DNA of 64,000 nucleotides. Origin: Parcubacteria group bacterium GW2011_GWA2_40_23. GTDB lineage: Bacteria > Patescibacteriota > Patescibacteriia > UBA11705 > JABHMO01. A model generated the notes under the pieces. It had not been told where the DNA came from. It was given only the letters and a program-made list of their open reading frames with translations, and searched no databases. The stretch covers positions 10,305 to 74,304 of the forward strand of contig LBYP01000005.1 in assembly GCA_000996245.1 (NCBI GenBank), in the 5' to 3' direction. Shown here piece by piece: positions 1-10,424 of the stretch (position 1 is its first letter; every line of letters starts with the position of its first letter). The position numbers were made by a program, and so were the translations under genes.

Positions 1-243
1 TAATATCCAAAAAGTTTTTTAAAATGACCAATTTGTTATTCCCAAAAAGTGAATTAACCTGCAAGGCATTTTTAATGTCTTTAATCAGTTCATCCTTATT
101 CCCCTTTTCTTTATAATCAAACTTAGCAATATTCAAACCAGAATATTTTTTACTAAAAACCTCAGACCAGAGCTTAACTTGTTCGAAAATTTCATAGTCA
201 TTGGCGCCAAACCACAGGAATAATTGTTTTTGTTTTTCTGCCA
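1..243 (-). CDS. N-terminal part of a DNA polymerase III delta subunit-like protein (partial, continues beyond window start)
   Basis: Reverse-complement of 1..243 reads MAEKQKQLFLWFGANDYEIFEQ...SLFGNNKLVILKN, resembling the HolA N-terminus (LLYGEDEYLI ... LFG..RLVIV pattern). No stop in window so it is absent from the ORF track. Confidence 0.4.
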
Positions 244-375
244 TATGACTTATCTTACAAAGAAATAGGGTAAATGACAACTTGACGAAAAAAAATAACA
301 AGGGTAAGCTTATATGATTTGCTATGTGTGTAGCAAAGTGTTCGTTGAGGGACAACCCCAAGGCTGGAGGTGTGC

Positions 376-1894
376 GATGCTGAACTCGGTTCGGAACTAC
401 TTCAAGGACTTCGGTCAGCTCTTCCAACTGCCGCGCGAGTTCTGGACGATCCAGGGGCTGAACTTCGTCTACTGCGCCTTCTACTTCACCTTCGTGACGA
501 TGAGCACCCTGCACCTGAGCCAGGACGTGGGCTTCAGCGACGAAGGCGCCGGACTCCTGTTCGGTGTCTTCATGTTCGGCACGGCCATCATCCAGATCGT
601 CCTCGGTCCGGTCATGGACATCCTGGGCTTCCGCAAGACGCCCCTGCTGGCTGCGGCCATCATCACGGTCGGCATGCTCGGCATCGGCCTCGTCCCCGTT
701 ACGCTCGGCGCCACGGATCAGGCGCGTACGCTCATGGTGCTGTTCTACATTATCGCCATGGTCGGCAACGGCCTCATGTTCCCGGTTCTCACGGCTGGCG
801 TGAAGCGCTACAGCAACTCCGAGACGCGCGGTGCAGGCTTCAACATGTGGTACCTGACCATGAACGTCGGCGCGATGCTGACCTTCCTGATCGACTTCAT
901 GCGCAAGCCCCTCGAGGACAAGGCCACCACCGAACAGCTCGCGATCTTCCGCGATGCCGGTGGCAACGTCAACATCATTTGGTACCTGGTCGCACTGCTG
1001 ATCCTCTCGGGTCTCATCGTCTTCTTCTTCCTCAAGAAGGAAGACCAGTTCCCCGAGTTCAACGCTACCGCTGAAGATCTGGCGAAGGCCAAGGAACCCA
1101 AGCCCAAGCAGCCCTTCGGCCAGACGATGAAGGAAATCTGGGCGGACAAGGGCTTCCGCAAGGTGCTCGCGCTCCTGTTCTTCACGATCCCGGCGCACAT
1201 CCCCTTCGTGGCCATTTTCGTGATCTTTCCCAAGTACTACACGCGCGTGATCGCCCCGGACGTGGATCTCGGCTTCCTCGCGTCGATGAACCCGATCATC
1301 ATCATCGCCGGTCTGCTGCTGTTCGCTCCTATCCTAAAACGCTTCAGCGTCTATTGGGTGCTGGTCGTCGGCATGTTCATCGGTGGTGCGTCCTGCCTGG
1401 TTCTCGCGATCCCGCCGAAGTTCCTCGGTTCGGTCTTCGGTGCTTCGGACATCGGCAGCATCTACCTCACCATGGTGGGCATCCAGATCGTGGTCTTCGC
1501 CATGGGCGAGTTTGTGTGGAGCCCGCAGCTCCAGGCCTACGTCGGCGCCATCGCCCCCGAGGGCAAGGAAGGCACCTACATGGGCGTGACTCGCTACCCC
1601 TACACCCTGGCCAAGCTGCTGGGTGGTGCGGTGGGTGGCCTGCTTCTCGCCAAATACTGCCCCGAAGGCGTGAAGCCGCTCATCGAAGCGGGCACGCTGG
1701 CCTACTCCAAGAGCCCAGAGTTCATGAACCTCATTCTGGCCCTGTTCGCGCTCTCGAGCCCGATCGCCCTGCTTCTCATGAAGAAGACGTTCTACGTCGA
1801 GAACAAGGCGACGGACATGGATACCGTTACCTTTTGGGTGCTTGAAAAGGTGTTTTCTTCGCTAAATTATGCTAAGATTTCAATGTTTAACTAG
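376..1894 (+). CDS. MFS-type transporter (12-TM), GC-rich
   Basis: ORF 314..1894, with the likely true start at ATG 376 preceded by GGAGG. Multiple hydrophobic helices and an MFS motif-A-like loop (PVMDILGFRKTPLL). GC-rich body with an AT-rich 3' tail. Confidence 0.65.
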
Positions 1895-1941
1895 TTAAAG
1901 TGCCAAATATGACAAAACGATAACAGCCCAGCGAGGACAAG

Positions 1942-2721
1942 ATGCACATTGCAGACGCGAATCCACAAATCTTCAGACATTTCATGAAAAGAAGTGTATG
2001 GTATCTTTCCATGCCCTTCCCGACCGCAGTCACCATGCCCATGAGTAGAGCATCAAGAGAAAGAGTTCTCGGTCAACTCCAGACCGAATGGGGCAAAGGC
2101 AATAGCTCCTTCGCCGAGATTCTGCACAGCCTGCGTGATGCCGAAGCCGAAGACCTCGCCTTAGCCGTGGAACTGTACATCCTCAGCGCCGGTGGTTTCT
2201 ACGCCAACCGCGTTGCTCACATGCGCGATTACCTGAAGCGACTCGATGAAGACTACCCCCACGGCGATGAATGCAGGAGAAATCTCTGCGAACGCGTCTT
2301 CTACAGCCTCATCGGCCTGCTCCGCGCCGTGCATTTCCTGACGTTCGATATTGCGCCGAACCGGCTCTCCAACCACCATCCCGATGAAGGCAACGCCCTC
2401 ATCGTCGCCACGCAAGAGACCATGTGGAAATACCTGTCCTACCCCTTCCGCGACGGCTACGGACATGACGTCGAGGCCGAACTGCGCCAAGAGCTGGCGG
2501 CTGCGCTTCAGGACTACACCCAAGGCGCGGTCAGACCCCTCCCGAACAACAAGCAGCGCGTCATGCTGGGTCAGGTTCAAAGGTTGCTCCAAGGCAACGA
2601 GGATGGTTACTTACACCCCCTGAACGAATTCCTCTGCCGCGAGTTCCTCGCCGCTGGCCTCGCCAACTGCGACCGTCCCAGCATGCTCAAGATCATCATG
2701 GCCTTGAGACAAGCCTCATAA
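1942..2721 (+). CDS. hypothetical protein (259 aa), GC-rich
   Basis: Long ORF with GAGGA RBS 5 nt upstream; no recognised domain. Confidence 0.5.
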   Translation: MHIADANPQIFRHFMKRSVWYLSMPFPTAVTMPMSRASRERVLGQLQTEWGKGNSSFAEILHSLRDAEAEDLALAVELYILSAGGFYANRVAHMRDYLKRLDEDYPHGDECRRNLCERVFYSLIGLLRAVHFLTFDIAPNRLSNHHPDEGNALIVATQETMWKYLSYPFRDGYGHDVEAELRQELAAALQDYTQGAVRPLPNNKQRVMLGQVQRLLQGNEDGYLHPLNEFLCREFLAAGLANCDRPSMLKIIMALRQAS

Positions 2722-2921
2722 TTCTCATCGGAGCCAGCATCATTGCTTGGCTCCGGTTTGTTGCGAGGAGCCAAAGTAAACAATTTAAGCGACGTTTACC
2801 CTGCACTCAGTCATCTGTAGTACGGGGAAGCAATCTCTTGATCATATCCCAAGGAAATGAATTAGAGATTGCCGCGTCGTCTTTCACTGCGTTTCGGTCT
2901 CCTTGCAAATCGGACGAAAAC

Positions 2922-2949
2922 TGTGACTTGACAATCACTGACTTGACAA
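2922..2949. repeat. tandem duplication of 14-bp TGACTTGACAATCAC; the second copy supplies a TTGACA -35 box (17 nt to TAATTT)
   Basis: Direct repeat seen in sequence about 70 nt upstream of ATG 3021. Confidence 0.6.
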
Positions 2950-3020
2950 TCACATACGAAATTGCTAATTTTAACTCTTCACCGCCAAAAGCGGGAAGAC
3001 AGAAAAACTGCAGAGAGGTG

Positions 3021-3746
3021 ATGGATCCCCGACAGAGACCCCAAACCGGAGCTTTCGCTTTCGCCAAGGACAACGCCGCCCTGGGCTTCCTTGGCTCGCT
3101 GGGGGCCTTCCTCGGCCGACGTGGGAACAAGGTCGTGAACGTCGTCTTCATGGATGGCAGCTCGTCCCTGAACGGCTACGGAGAGGCCCTGCGAGACGGC
3201 CTGAACGAGTACATCGCCAAGATCAAGGCCGCCGAACCCGGCGTCCAGCACGCCCTCATGGTGGTCAAGGTCCAGACCCAGTACTCGTTGCTCGTGCCCT
3301 TCTCCAGCATCGAGAACGTCAGCCCCATCAGCCACTTCGACACGGCCGACATGACGCTGCTCTGGATGCCCCTCTGGCGGATGATCCGCACGTTCACGAG
3401 CGTCTACGTCAACCTGACACCCGAACAGCAGAAGGAAATCCAGTTCGTCTTCGGCATCTTCACCGACGGCGAAGACACCGAGTCCGATCGTCGGTACTTC
3501 CCCCACATACTGGTGGAAGAAGTCAAGAAAGCCCGCGCCATGGGCTTCGAGTTCTACGTCAACGGCTACCGCATCAACGCGGCCGGCATCGCCGGTGCCA
3601 TGGGCATGCCCACCGACAAGGTGCACGCCATCACGTTCGAAAAGAGCCCCGAGGGCATCCGCACCTCGAGCCAGACCTTCGCCGGCGTCAGCCTGTCGTT
3701 CTTCAAGGATGACGGCTTCAAGCCGCCCGCCGTCAATCGTCCGTAG
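3021..3746 (+). CDS. von Willebrand factor A-like (MIDAS DxSxS) protein, hypothetical
   Basis: Start at ATG 3021 (GAGAGGTG RBS) inside ORF 2838..3746. Motif VVNVVFMDGSSSL is a hydrophobic strand followed by D-G-S-S-S. Confidence 0.45.
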   Translation: MDPRQRPQTGAFAFAKDNAALGFLGSLGAFLGRRGNKVVNVVFMDGSSSLNGYGEALRDGLNEYIAKIKAAEPGVQHALMVVKVQTQYSLLVPFSSIENVSPISHFDTADMTLLWMPLWRMIRTFTSVYVNLTPEQQKEIQFVFGIFTDGEDTESDRRYFPHILVEEVKKARAMGFEFYVNGYRINAAGIAGAMGMPTDKVHAITFEKSPEGIRTSSQTFAGVSLSFFKDDGFKPPAVNRP

Positions 3747-3756
3747 TACGCAAACG

Positions 3757-3791
3757 GAGCCAGCAACATTCTGCTTGGCTCCGTATTTTTT
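3757..3791 (+). terminator. rho-independent terminator
   Basis: Hairpin ggagccagcaacattctgcttggctcc followed by a T-run. A near-identical hairpin (ggagccagcatcattgcttggctcc) occurs at 2731..2757 after the preceding gene. Confidence 0.6.
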
Positions 3792-3881
3792 GCCATGATT
3801 AACATGATTCTCTTGATTATCAGCCTAAACTTGTCGTAGATCTATGTTCTCTGATCTATATTCCATGATACATGCTGAATC

Positions 3882-6647
3882 CTAATAAATCTTTTCCATC
3901 TCCTGCCAATTCTTCCCTGCCTCAGTTTCAACTTTAATCGGCACTTCTAATTTATGAATTTTTTCCATTTTTTCATCAATAATTTTCGCTACCTGATCCA
4001 CCATATCCATCGGCACTTCAAAGACTAATTCATCGTGAACCTGAAGCATCATTTTTATTTTATTACTGGTGACTGGTGACTGGTTACTGGTGACTAGTTT
4101 ATTGAGTCCCTTAATTATCTTATAGACCTCGATCATCGCAATTTTCATTAAATCAGCTGCTGTACCTTGAATCGGCATGTTAATAGCCATACGTTCGGCG
4201 GACAAGCGCACTTGAGCAACACCGGAATTTATTTCTGGCAAATATCTGCGGCGACCAAATAATGTTTGGACATAACCATTGTCACGCGCTTCTTCTTTTA
4301 TTTTATCTAAATAAATTTTAACGTCTTTGTAAGTTTCAAAATATTTTTCGATAAATTCTCGTGCACGTTCTCGCGAAATCTTTTTGCGCCAAGCCAAACC
4401 ATAGGCACCCATACCATACAAAACTCCAAAGTTGACTTCCTTAGCCGCAGAACGCATTTCCTTATCGACTTTTTCGAGTGGGACTTCAAAAATTTTAGCC
4501 GCTGTTGTGGTATGAATATCTTCGCCACGTTTAAAAACATCCATCATGTTTTTATCTTTAGCGAGACAAGCGATGACGCGCAATTCAACTTGAGAATAGT
4601 CAGCCGAAACCATACGTTGACCACGATCAGCCACAAACGCTTTGCGAATTGCTTTGCCCCAATCTGTCCGAATTGGAATATTCTGCAAATTTGGATTGGA
4701 TGATGACAATCTTCCCGTCGCAGTAATGGTTTGATTGAACTCTGTATGCACTCGACCGGTTTTTGGATTGATCAATTTCGGTAAAGCATCGACATAAGTT
4801 GATTGTAATTTAGAAAGCTCACGATAATCTTCGATGAACGGCACAATTTCATGTTGATCATGCAATTTTTCAAGTTCGACAGCCGCGGTTGAAATGCCAG
4901 TCTTAGTTTTACCTATTCCCTCGCGACTAATATTCAACTTTTCAAATAAAATTTCTTTGAGTTGTAATGGCGAACTAATATTAAATTCTTCACCAGCTAA
5001 TTTATAAATCTTTTTAGTTAAGGCTTTTAATTGTTTGCTTAATTCTTTTGATAAAACACTGAGTTGTTCTTCGTCGATTTTGATTCCCGTGAGTTCCATC
5101 TCAACCAAAACTTCGACAAGCGGCATTTCGATTTCATCAAAAAGTTTTATCAGTTCATTTTCTTTCAATTCGTTTTGCAAAGGTTTTATCAACCGGAAAG
5201 TATAATCAGCATCTTCGCAAGAATAATCTGACACTTTGTTTTTGTCGACAAATGCGAGCGTGGTTTGTCCCTTGCCTTTGCCGATTAAATCAGTAATTTT
5301 AGTCATCTGATAGCCCAGCTCGCGGAAAACCATATCGTCGAGCTTGTGGGCTCGGGTACCAGGATTCAGCAGATATGAAGCGATCATGGTATCGAACCAA
5401 ATACCTTCGACTTCAAGCCCATTGCACTTCAACGCCTTGATATCAAACTTCATATTCTGTCCGGCTTTCTTGACGTTTGGATCGGCAAAGATTGGTTTTA
5501 ATTTTTCGAGGAATTCAGGCTTCGCTTCAACATAATAAGCCACGCCCTCTTCCCAGCAAAAACTAATACCCAGTAATTTTGCGAGAATAACATCGAGCCC
5601 GTCAGTTTCAGTATCAAAAACAAAAAACTCTTGTTGGTTTAATTTTTTCAAAAACTTTTCAAACTCAACTGCTGTTTGAATTAAAGTGTAATTGTGATTT
5701 GATTGTCTTTCGGTTCGTGCTTCAGTTTCAACTTCTGTTTTGCCACCAAGAACCGGCAAACGATTTAATAAACTTTTAAATTCAAGCTCCTGAAAGAGTT
5801 CATAAACATCTTCTTTGTTATAAGATTGCAAAGCGCATTTTTCTAAAGTGAAATCAATCGGCACATCGTGCACGATAGTTGAGAGAACGCGGCTTTGATA
5901 TGCCTGATCTTTATTATCAATAAGCAATTGATACAACCGCTCCGTGACTTTTATGTTTTTATAAACTCCAACTTTAACTTTTTTATACATTTCTTCCATG
6001 GTGCCAAATTCTTTGACTAGTCCGAGCGCTGTTTTTTCGCCCACACCAGGAACTCCCGGTATATTATCTGACGGGTCACCACGCAAACCTTTATAGTCGA
6101 TGAGTTGCTCGGGGCCAATTCCTTCATATTTTTCCTTAACTCCTTTGACATCATAAATAACCGTATCATTCATACCTTTGCGTAAAGTATAAACATGAGT
6201 ATTCTCGTCGACCAACTGAAACGCATCTTTATCTCCCGTCACAATAATAGAAAGAATCTCATCATTATCAACACTTTTTTCATGACACAAAGTTCCAATC
6301 ACATCATCAGCTTCAAAACCAGCTTTTTCAAAAATCGGTACATTCATGGCTTCTAAAACTTGTTTTAAAATTGGAATTTGATCGTACAATTCATCTGGTT
6401 GTTTAACACGTGTGGCTTTGTAGTCGACCGAAAGTTCATGACGGAAAGTTTTTTCTTTTCTATCAAAAGTCACAGCCAAATATTCTGGTTTAAATTCAGT
6501 TAAAGCTTTAAATAAAGTTGTTAGGAATCCGTAAACAGCATGAACCAAGCGGCCATCCTTAGTGGTCATTGGTGGCAGGGCGTGCCAGGCGCGATGGAGT
6601 AAGGCATTGCCGTCGACGATAACAAATTTTTTTCTTGATTTGACCAT
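3882..6647 (-). CDS. polA: DNA polymerase I
   Basis: 921 aa with an N-terminal 5'-3' exonuclease region, pol motif DYSQVELRV and QVHDELVFEV. AT-rich. Confidence 0.95.
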   Translation of the reverse strand: MVKSRKKFVIVDGNALLHRAWHALPPMTTKDGRLVHAVYGFLTTLFKALTEFKPEYLAVTFDRKEKTFRHELSVDYKATRVKQPDELYDQIPILKQVLEAMNVPIFEKAGFEADDVIGTLCHEKSVDNDEILSIIVTGDKDAFQLVDENTHVYTLRKGMNDTVIYDVKGVKEKYEGIGPEQLIDYKGLRGDPSDNIPGVPGVGEKTALGLVKEFGTMEEMYKKVKVGVYKNIKVTERLYQLLIDNKDQAYQSRVLSTIVHDVPIDFTLEKCALQSYNKEDVYELFQELEFKSLLNRLPVLGGKTEVETEARTERQSNHNYTLIQTAVEFEKFLKKLNQQEFFVFDTETDGLDVILAKLLGISFCWEEGVAYYVEAKPEFLEKLKPIFADPNVKKAGQNMKFDIKALKCNGLEVEGIWFDTMIASYLLNPGTRAHKLDDMVFRELGYQMTKITDLIGKGKGQTTLAFVDKNKVSDYSCEDADYTFRLIKPLQNELKENELIKLFDEIEMPLVEVLVEMELTGIKIDEEQLSVLSKELSKQLKALTKKIYKLAGEEFNISSPLQLKEILFEKLNISREGIGKTKTGISTAAVELEKLHDQHEIVPFIEDYRELSKLQSTYVDALPKLINPKTGRVHTEFNQTITATGRLSSSNPNLQNIPIRTDWGKAIRKAFVADRGQRMVSADYSQVELRVIACLAKDKNMMDVFKRGEDIHTTTAAKIFEVPLEKVDKEMRSAAKEVNFGVLYGMGAYGLAWRKKISRERAREFIEKYFETYKDVKIYLDKIKEEARDNGYVQTLFGRRRYLPEINSGVAQVRLSAERMAINMPIQGTAADLMKIAMIEVYKIIKGLNKLVTSNQSPVTSNKIKMMLQVHDELVFEVPMDMVDQVAKIIDEKMEKIHKLEVPIKVETEAGKNWQEMEKIY

Positions 6648-6822
6648 ATATAGAGATTATAGCAAAAAGGACGGATGAACGTAAGGATGCAGAAACGAAA
6701 GAACTTACGAACCAAAGAACGTATGAACTGCTTGTCGTTTTCATGGAACATAGATCATGGATAAAAAAAATAGGGATAAGTATTAAGGGTCCTGCTTGAG
6801 AGAAACAACATTGAGGAAAGCC

Positions 6823-7338
6823 ATGAGCCGTCTCCTTAAGTTGCGAGGACAACAGCGAGTCGATCGAATCGATGCGCTTATCCTAAAGCAGCCCAAGCTC
6901 GCCCCTTATGTCTATGGTCGTAAAGGTGGAAATACCCCGCGTCGTGGCGTGAAGGTCTTCGAAGAGAGTAGCTTCACCGCAGCAACACGTGACAGCATCG
7001 GTGAGTCCCTCACTATCATACTGATCCCGTACACCGAGAACAGAGAAGACTGCTATCTGACTGTGGTACACAGCCACAAAGAAACCGCTGTATCCAAGAC
7101 AAAGACAAGCACCAGAGAATCTCTTTGCATCGGCATCGTTAGCCAACGTGGAGACAACTACAACAAGAAGATCCTTCTCTTCCACTCTGCTTTCTGGACC
7201 AGAAGCGAGTTCTGGTTCACCATCAACTACAAGCCGGATTCGGAAATTACGATGAAAGGCAAGATCGCTTTCACTCACGTCGCTGGGGAAATGCTTCGGA
7301 TCGTGATCGGATTAAATCCGTTCCCGCGTCGTCGGTAA
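6823..7338 (+). CDS. hypothetical protein, paralog 1 of a tandem pair (mid-GC)
   Basis: ATG 6823 inside ORF 6796..7338. The 5' UTR GAAACAACATTGAGGAAAG is conserved with the downstream paralog. Shared motif LIPYTENRE-DCYLTVV. Confidence 0.5.
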   Translation: MSRLLKLRGQQRVDRIDALILKQPKLAPYVYGRKGGNTPRRGVKVFEESSFTAATRDSIGESLTIILIPYTENREDCYLTVVHSHKETAVSKTKTSTRESLCIGIVSQRGDNYNKKILLFHSAFWTRSEFWFTINYKPDSEITMKGKIAFTHVAGEMLRIVIGLNPFPRRR

Positions 7339-7344
7339 CTAGCT

Positions 7345-7381
7345 CCGCCCGCCCCGCAAACGGGGACGGGCGGCATTTTTT
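7345..7381 (+). terminator. rho-independent terminator
   Basis: Hairpin ccgcccgccccgcaaacggggacgggcgg followed by a T-run. Confidence 0.65.
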
Positions 7382-7457
7382 ACATTGACAGTTCCCCAAT
7401 TCTAGCCTAAACTTAGCTGTTGTGGGTTGCGGAAAAGAAACAACCTTGAGGAAACAA

Positions 7458-7925
7458 ATGACCGACCTGGGAACAATTCACAAAGTTCTAAGCGCTTTCC
7501 CTGCCACTCCCCGGATACTGAGAGACGTCTGGATCGCCTCGCGCCGAGGTAACGTCGTCCTCTTCGACCAAAGTGAAATCTCCCCGTCCTGGTTACAGGA
7601 CAAGACCGAACTGCTCATTCCCTTTACCCGCAAGGGAAACAAGTTCTTCTTCGTCATCCAGATCAAGCGCAACGACTACGGCAAGCTGAAAGAGAGATTC
7701 TCTGACCGCACCTTAATAGTTCTGCGCGTCGGTGTCATCCCTTGGACCACAAAACCCAAGGGCTTCCAACTCACCGACAAGAACTACGTAGCCGAAGTGA
7801 ACTACTACCTGCAACGCGGCTGCGAGATCAACACCAGGGTCCGAGTGCAAGCCGATGTCTCAGAACGCCAAGTCGTACTCGGCATTATCGCCGCGCTTTA
7901 CGACCTGCCGAAGTACGTGAAGTAA
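7458..7925 (+). CDS. hypothetical protein, paralog 2 of the tandem pair
   Basis: ATG 7458 inside ORF 7422..7925. 5' UTR GAAACAACCTTGAGGAAAC. Shared motif LIPFTRKGNKFFFVIQ. Confidence 0.5.
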   Translation: MTDLGTIHKVLSAFPATPRILRDVWIASRRGNVVLFDQSEISPSWLQDKTELLIPFTRKGNKFFFVIQIKRNDYGKLKERFSDRTLIVLRVGVIPWTTKPKGFQLTDKNYVAEVNYYLQRGCEINTRVRVQADVSERQVVLGIIAALYDLPKYVK

Positions 7926-7931
7926 ACGAAA

Positions 7932-7968
7932 CCGCTCGAACGTCATCACGTTCGAGCGGCTATTTTTT
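7932..7968 (+). terminator. rho-independent terminator
   Basis: Hairpin ccgctcgaacgtcatcacgttcgagcgg followed by a T-run. Confidence 0.65.
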
Positions 7969-8107
7969 ATATACTACTAATTACGAATCAGCTACTAATC
8001 TACCAATACTAATTTTGCGATCATATTGAACAACTTCAACCTAGTACTATAAAGTGTTCCCTTTAAGTGCTAGGCAAGCAAGCGCAGCGATACAGCAACT
8101 AGAACAA

Positions 8108-9196
8108 TTAAACATTAAACCTAAACAAACACACATCCCCATCTTGCATCACATAATTCTTCCCTTCCAACCGTATCAACCCTTTTTCTTTGGCCGCAAC
8201 TTCGCTACCAACATTTAAAAGATCTTGCCAATTGATAGTCTCTGACGAGATAAATCCGCGTTCAAAGTCGCCATGAATTTTACCTGCCGCTTGTGGAGCC
8301 TTCATACCACGAGTAATTGTCCAAGCTCGAGTTTCATCTGGCCCAGTCGTTAAAAAACTAATGAGATTCAAAGTTTCATAGGCTTTGACGATGATGCGAT
8401 CGAGCCCAGACATTTTTAAACCCAAAGCTTCCATATATTCGGCTACTTCTTCTTTTGGTAAATCAGCCAAGTCAGCTTCTACTTTTGCGCAGACAGGAAT
8501 AATTACTTCACCAGGCAATTTTTCAAAAGTCGGATTATCATTAACTCGATTTTCATCAACATTCAAAAGATAGAGCATTGGTTTTAAAGTCAAAAAACTT
8601 AAATAAGTAATTTGCTGCTTCTCGTCATCAGTTAAATCTATTTTTCTAAGAGCCTTGCCATTTTCTAAAGCTGGAATAATTTTAGTTTCAAAAAGTTCTA
8701 CCAATTTTATTGTTTCTTTTTCGTCTGGCGAACCAGAAGTTTTTAATTTGCCTTTTAATTTTGATAAATGCGGTTTGGCCACTTCCAAATCTGCAAAAGC
8801 AAGTTCAATATCAATTGTTTCCGCATCTCCTTCAGGATCAACTTTATTATTGACGTGAATAATTTCTCCAGATCGGAAGTCGCGCAGCACATGACAAATC
8901 GCATCAACCTCGCGAATATTATGCAAAAATTTATTTCCCAAACCCTCGCCCTTATGTGCGCCTTTGACCAAGCCAGCAATATCGACAAACTCGATGGTGG
9001 TGTAAATGGTCTTGGCTGATTTTGACATGACCGCAAGTTTTTCCAAGCGCTCGTCAGGCACAGCAACAATACCCTTATTTGGTTCAATGGTACAAAAAGG
9101 GTAGTTGGCAATATCAATTTGTTTTTTGGTTAGTGCCTTAAATAAGGTTGATTTCCCCACATTTGGCAAGCCGACAATTCCGATTGAAAATGACAT
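8108..9196 (-). CDS. ychF: ribosome-binding ATPase YchF
   Basis: N-terminus [23 protein letters not shown]; GTPase/TGS-like architecture. Confidence 0.9.
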   Translation of the reverse strand: MSFSIGIVGLPNVGKSTLFKALTKKQIDIANYPFCTIEPNKGIVAVPDERLEKLAVMSKSAKTIYTTIEFVDIAGLVKGAHKGEGLGNKFLHNIREVDAICHVLRDFRSGEIIHVNNKVDPEGDAETIDIELAFADLEVAKPHLSKLKGKLKTSGSPDEKETIKLVELFETKIIPALENGKALRKIDLTDDEKQQITYLSFLTLKPMLYLLNVDENRVNDNPTFEKLPGEVIIPVCAKVEADLADLPKEEVAEYMEALGLKMSGLDRIIVKAYETLNLISFLTTGPDETRAWTITRGMKAPQAAGKIHGDFERGFISSETINWQDLLNVGSEVAAKEKGLIRLEGKNYVMQDGDVCLFRFNV

Positions 9197-9375
9197 ATAG
9201 TTTTTTAGAATAATGAATAAGGAAGAACGAATAACGAATTATGAATTTGTGCAGCATTATTCCTTATTCTTTATTCATTATTCAAACAGCTTTATTCAAG
9301 GACATGATACCGTAATTTTAGATAAAAAACAACAGGCCATAGCTTTATGCGATGACCTGCTGTGCATGGGACAAA

Positions 9376-10278
9376 TTATTGTTTTGGCTCTGGAGTTACG
9401 GCTTTCTCTGCTGCTACTGCTCGGAGAGCGAAGGTGGCTACAATGTCTTCGAAAGTTTTACGATATTCAAAGTAATTATCAATCTTCTTGTTAGTTACAT
9501 TGAAAGTAGCTCGGTAGATATTATTGTCTGTCAAAATTAAGATCGTTGGGACTTCATTGTTTTCTTTATCGAAATTAATAAAATAAATCATTTTACCAAA
9601 AGGAAAATCTGCGCGATCAATCACTTCTAATTCTTTAAAAATATCTTCCTTTTCTGCCATTGTTAATTTTGCGAAATCCGCATAATCACTTCTAATTGTG
9701 ATAACATTAACATAGTCTGCTTGGCCGATTGGTTGAAGAGAAATGGCTTCAGACTTTGGTTGTGTTTTGTCCTTAACTTCGATAATCGGATTTACAACTT
9801 CCCATTCCTTTGGATAGCTGACCAAGAAAGACAAGTCTTTATTGTCCAAAACATTCCAATCTAAAGCATTGACCTTAAGCGGGATGACACGACTTTTATC
9901 AAAAAGATCAATCACGACCTCTTTGTTAGCTTCATTCGTTTTTTCTAGACTTTCAGCCTTTTTCTGCATTTCATTAAACTTTTGAGTTAATGAATTGACC
10001 TGATTTTCTAAATCCTTAGTCACATTAGTGCCGCCATTGGTAATATTAGTTATTTTATCCTTAGTATAGCCAAAAACCACACCGATAATAGCTAAAATTA
10101 CAACAGCCACTACGACTAAAGGAAATAAAAATCCAGCTTCTTTATTATCAGCCTTTGAAGCACGAACTTCAGGTTCAGCTTTTAAAATGGCTTTTTTAGC
10201 CTTTGCCGCTGACTTTTTTTCCTTTTTTTCCCCTCCCTTTTCAAGCTCTTCGATAATATTGTCATCTACCATACGCAT
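9376..10278 (-). CDS. membrane-anchored hypothetical protein
   Basis: Lys-rich N-terminus followed by one TM helix (FLFPLVVVAVVILAIIGVVFG). Confidence 0.5.
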   Translation of the reverse strand: MRMVDDNIIEELEKGGEKKEKKSAAKAKKAILKAEPEVRASKADNKEAGFLFPLVVVAVVILAIIGVVFGYTKDKITNITNGGTNVTKDLENQVNSLTQKFNEMQKKAESLEKTNEANKEVVIDLFDKSRVIPLKVNALDWNVLDNKDLSFLVSYPKEWEVVNPIIEVKDKTQPKSEAISLQPIGQADYVNVITIRSDYADFAKLTMAEKEDIFKELEVIDRADFPFGKMIYFINFDKENNEVPTILILTDNNIYRATFNVTNKKIDNYFEYRKTFEDIVATFALRAVAAEKAVTPEPKQ

Positions 10279-10424
10279 GACCTCCTTATTAGTTATTTTT
10301 TGTTAAGGTCATTTTAACATGTAAAGGATATTTATCAAAGGGAAATATTCACACCTTGACTAAAAGGCCGAAATTTTACTTAATGAGCAAAAAAAGGTAA
10401 AATTAGAGTTGAATAACATAAAAT

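Noticed and set aside
370-1845. Overlapping ORFs 370..1074, 564..803, 1354..1845 and antisense ORFs inside the MFS gene
   Set aside because: They are alternate-frame or antisense ORFs typical of GC-rich coding DNA, without RBSs.
2979-3626. 215-aa minus-strand ORF antisense to the vWA-like gene
   Set aside because: It fully overlaps a better-supported plus-strand gene that has an RBS; it is a GC-rich antisense artefact.
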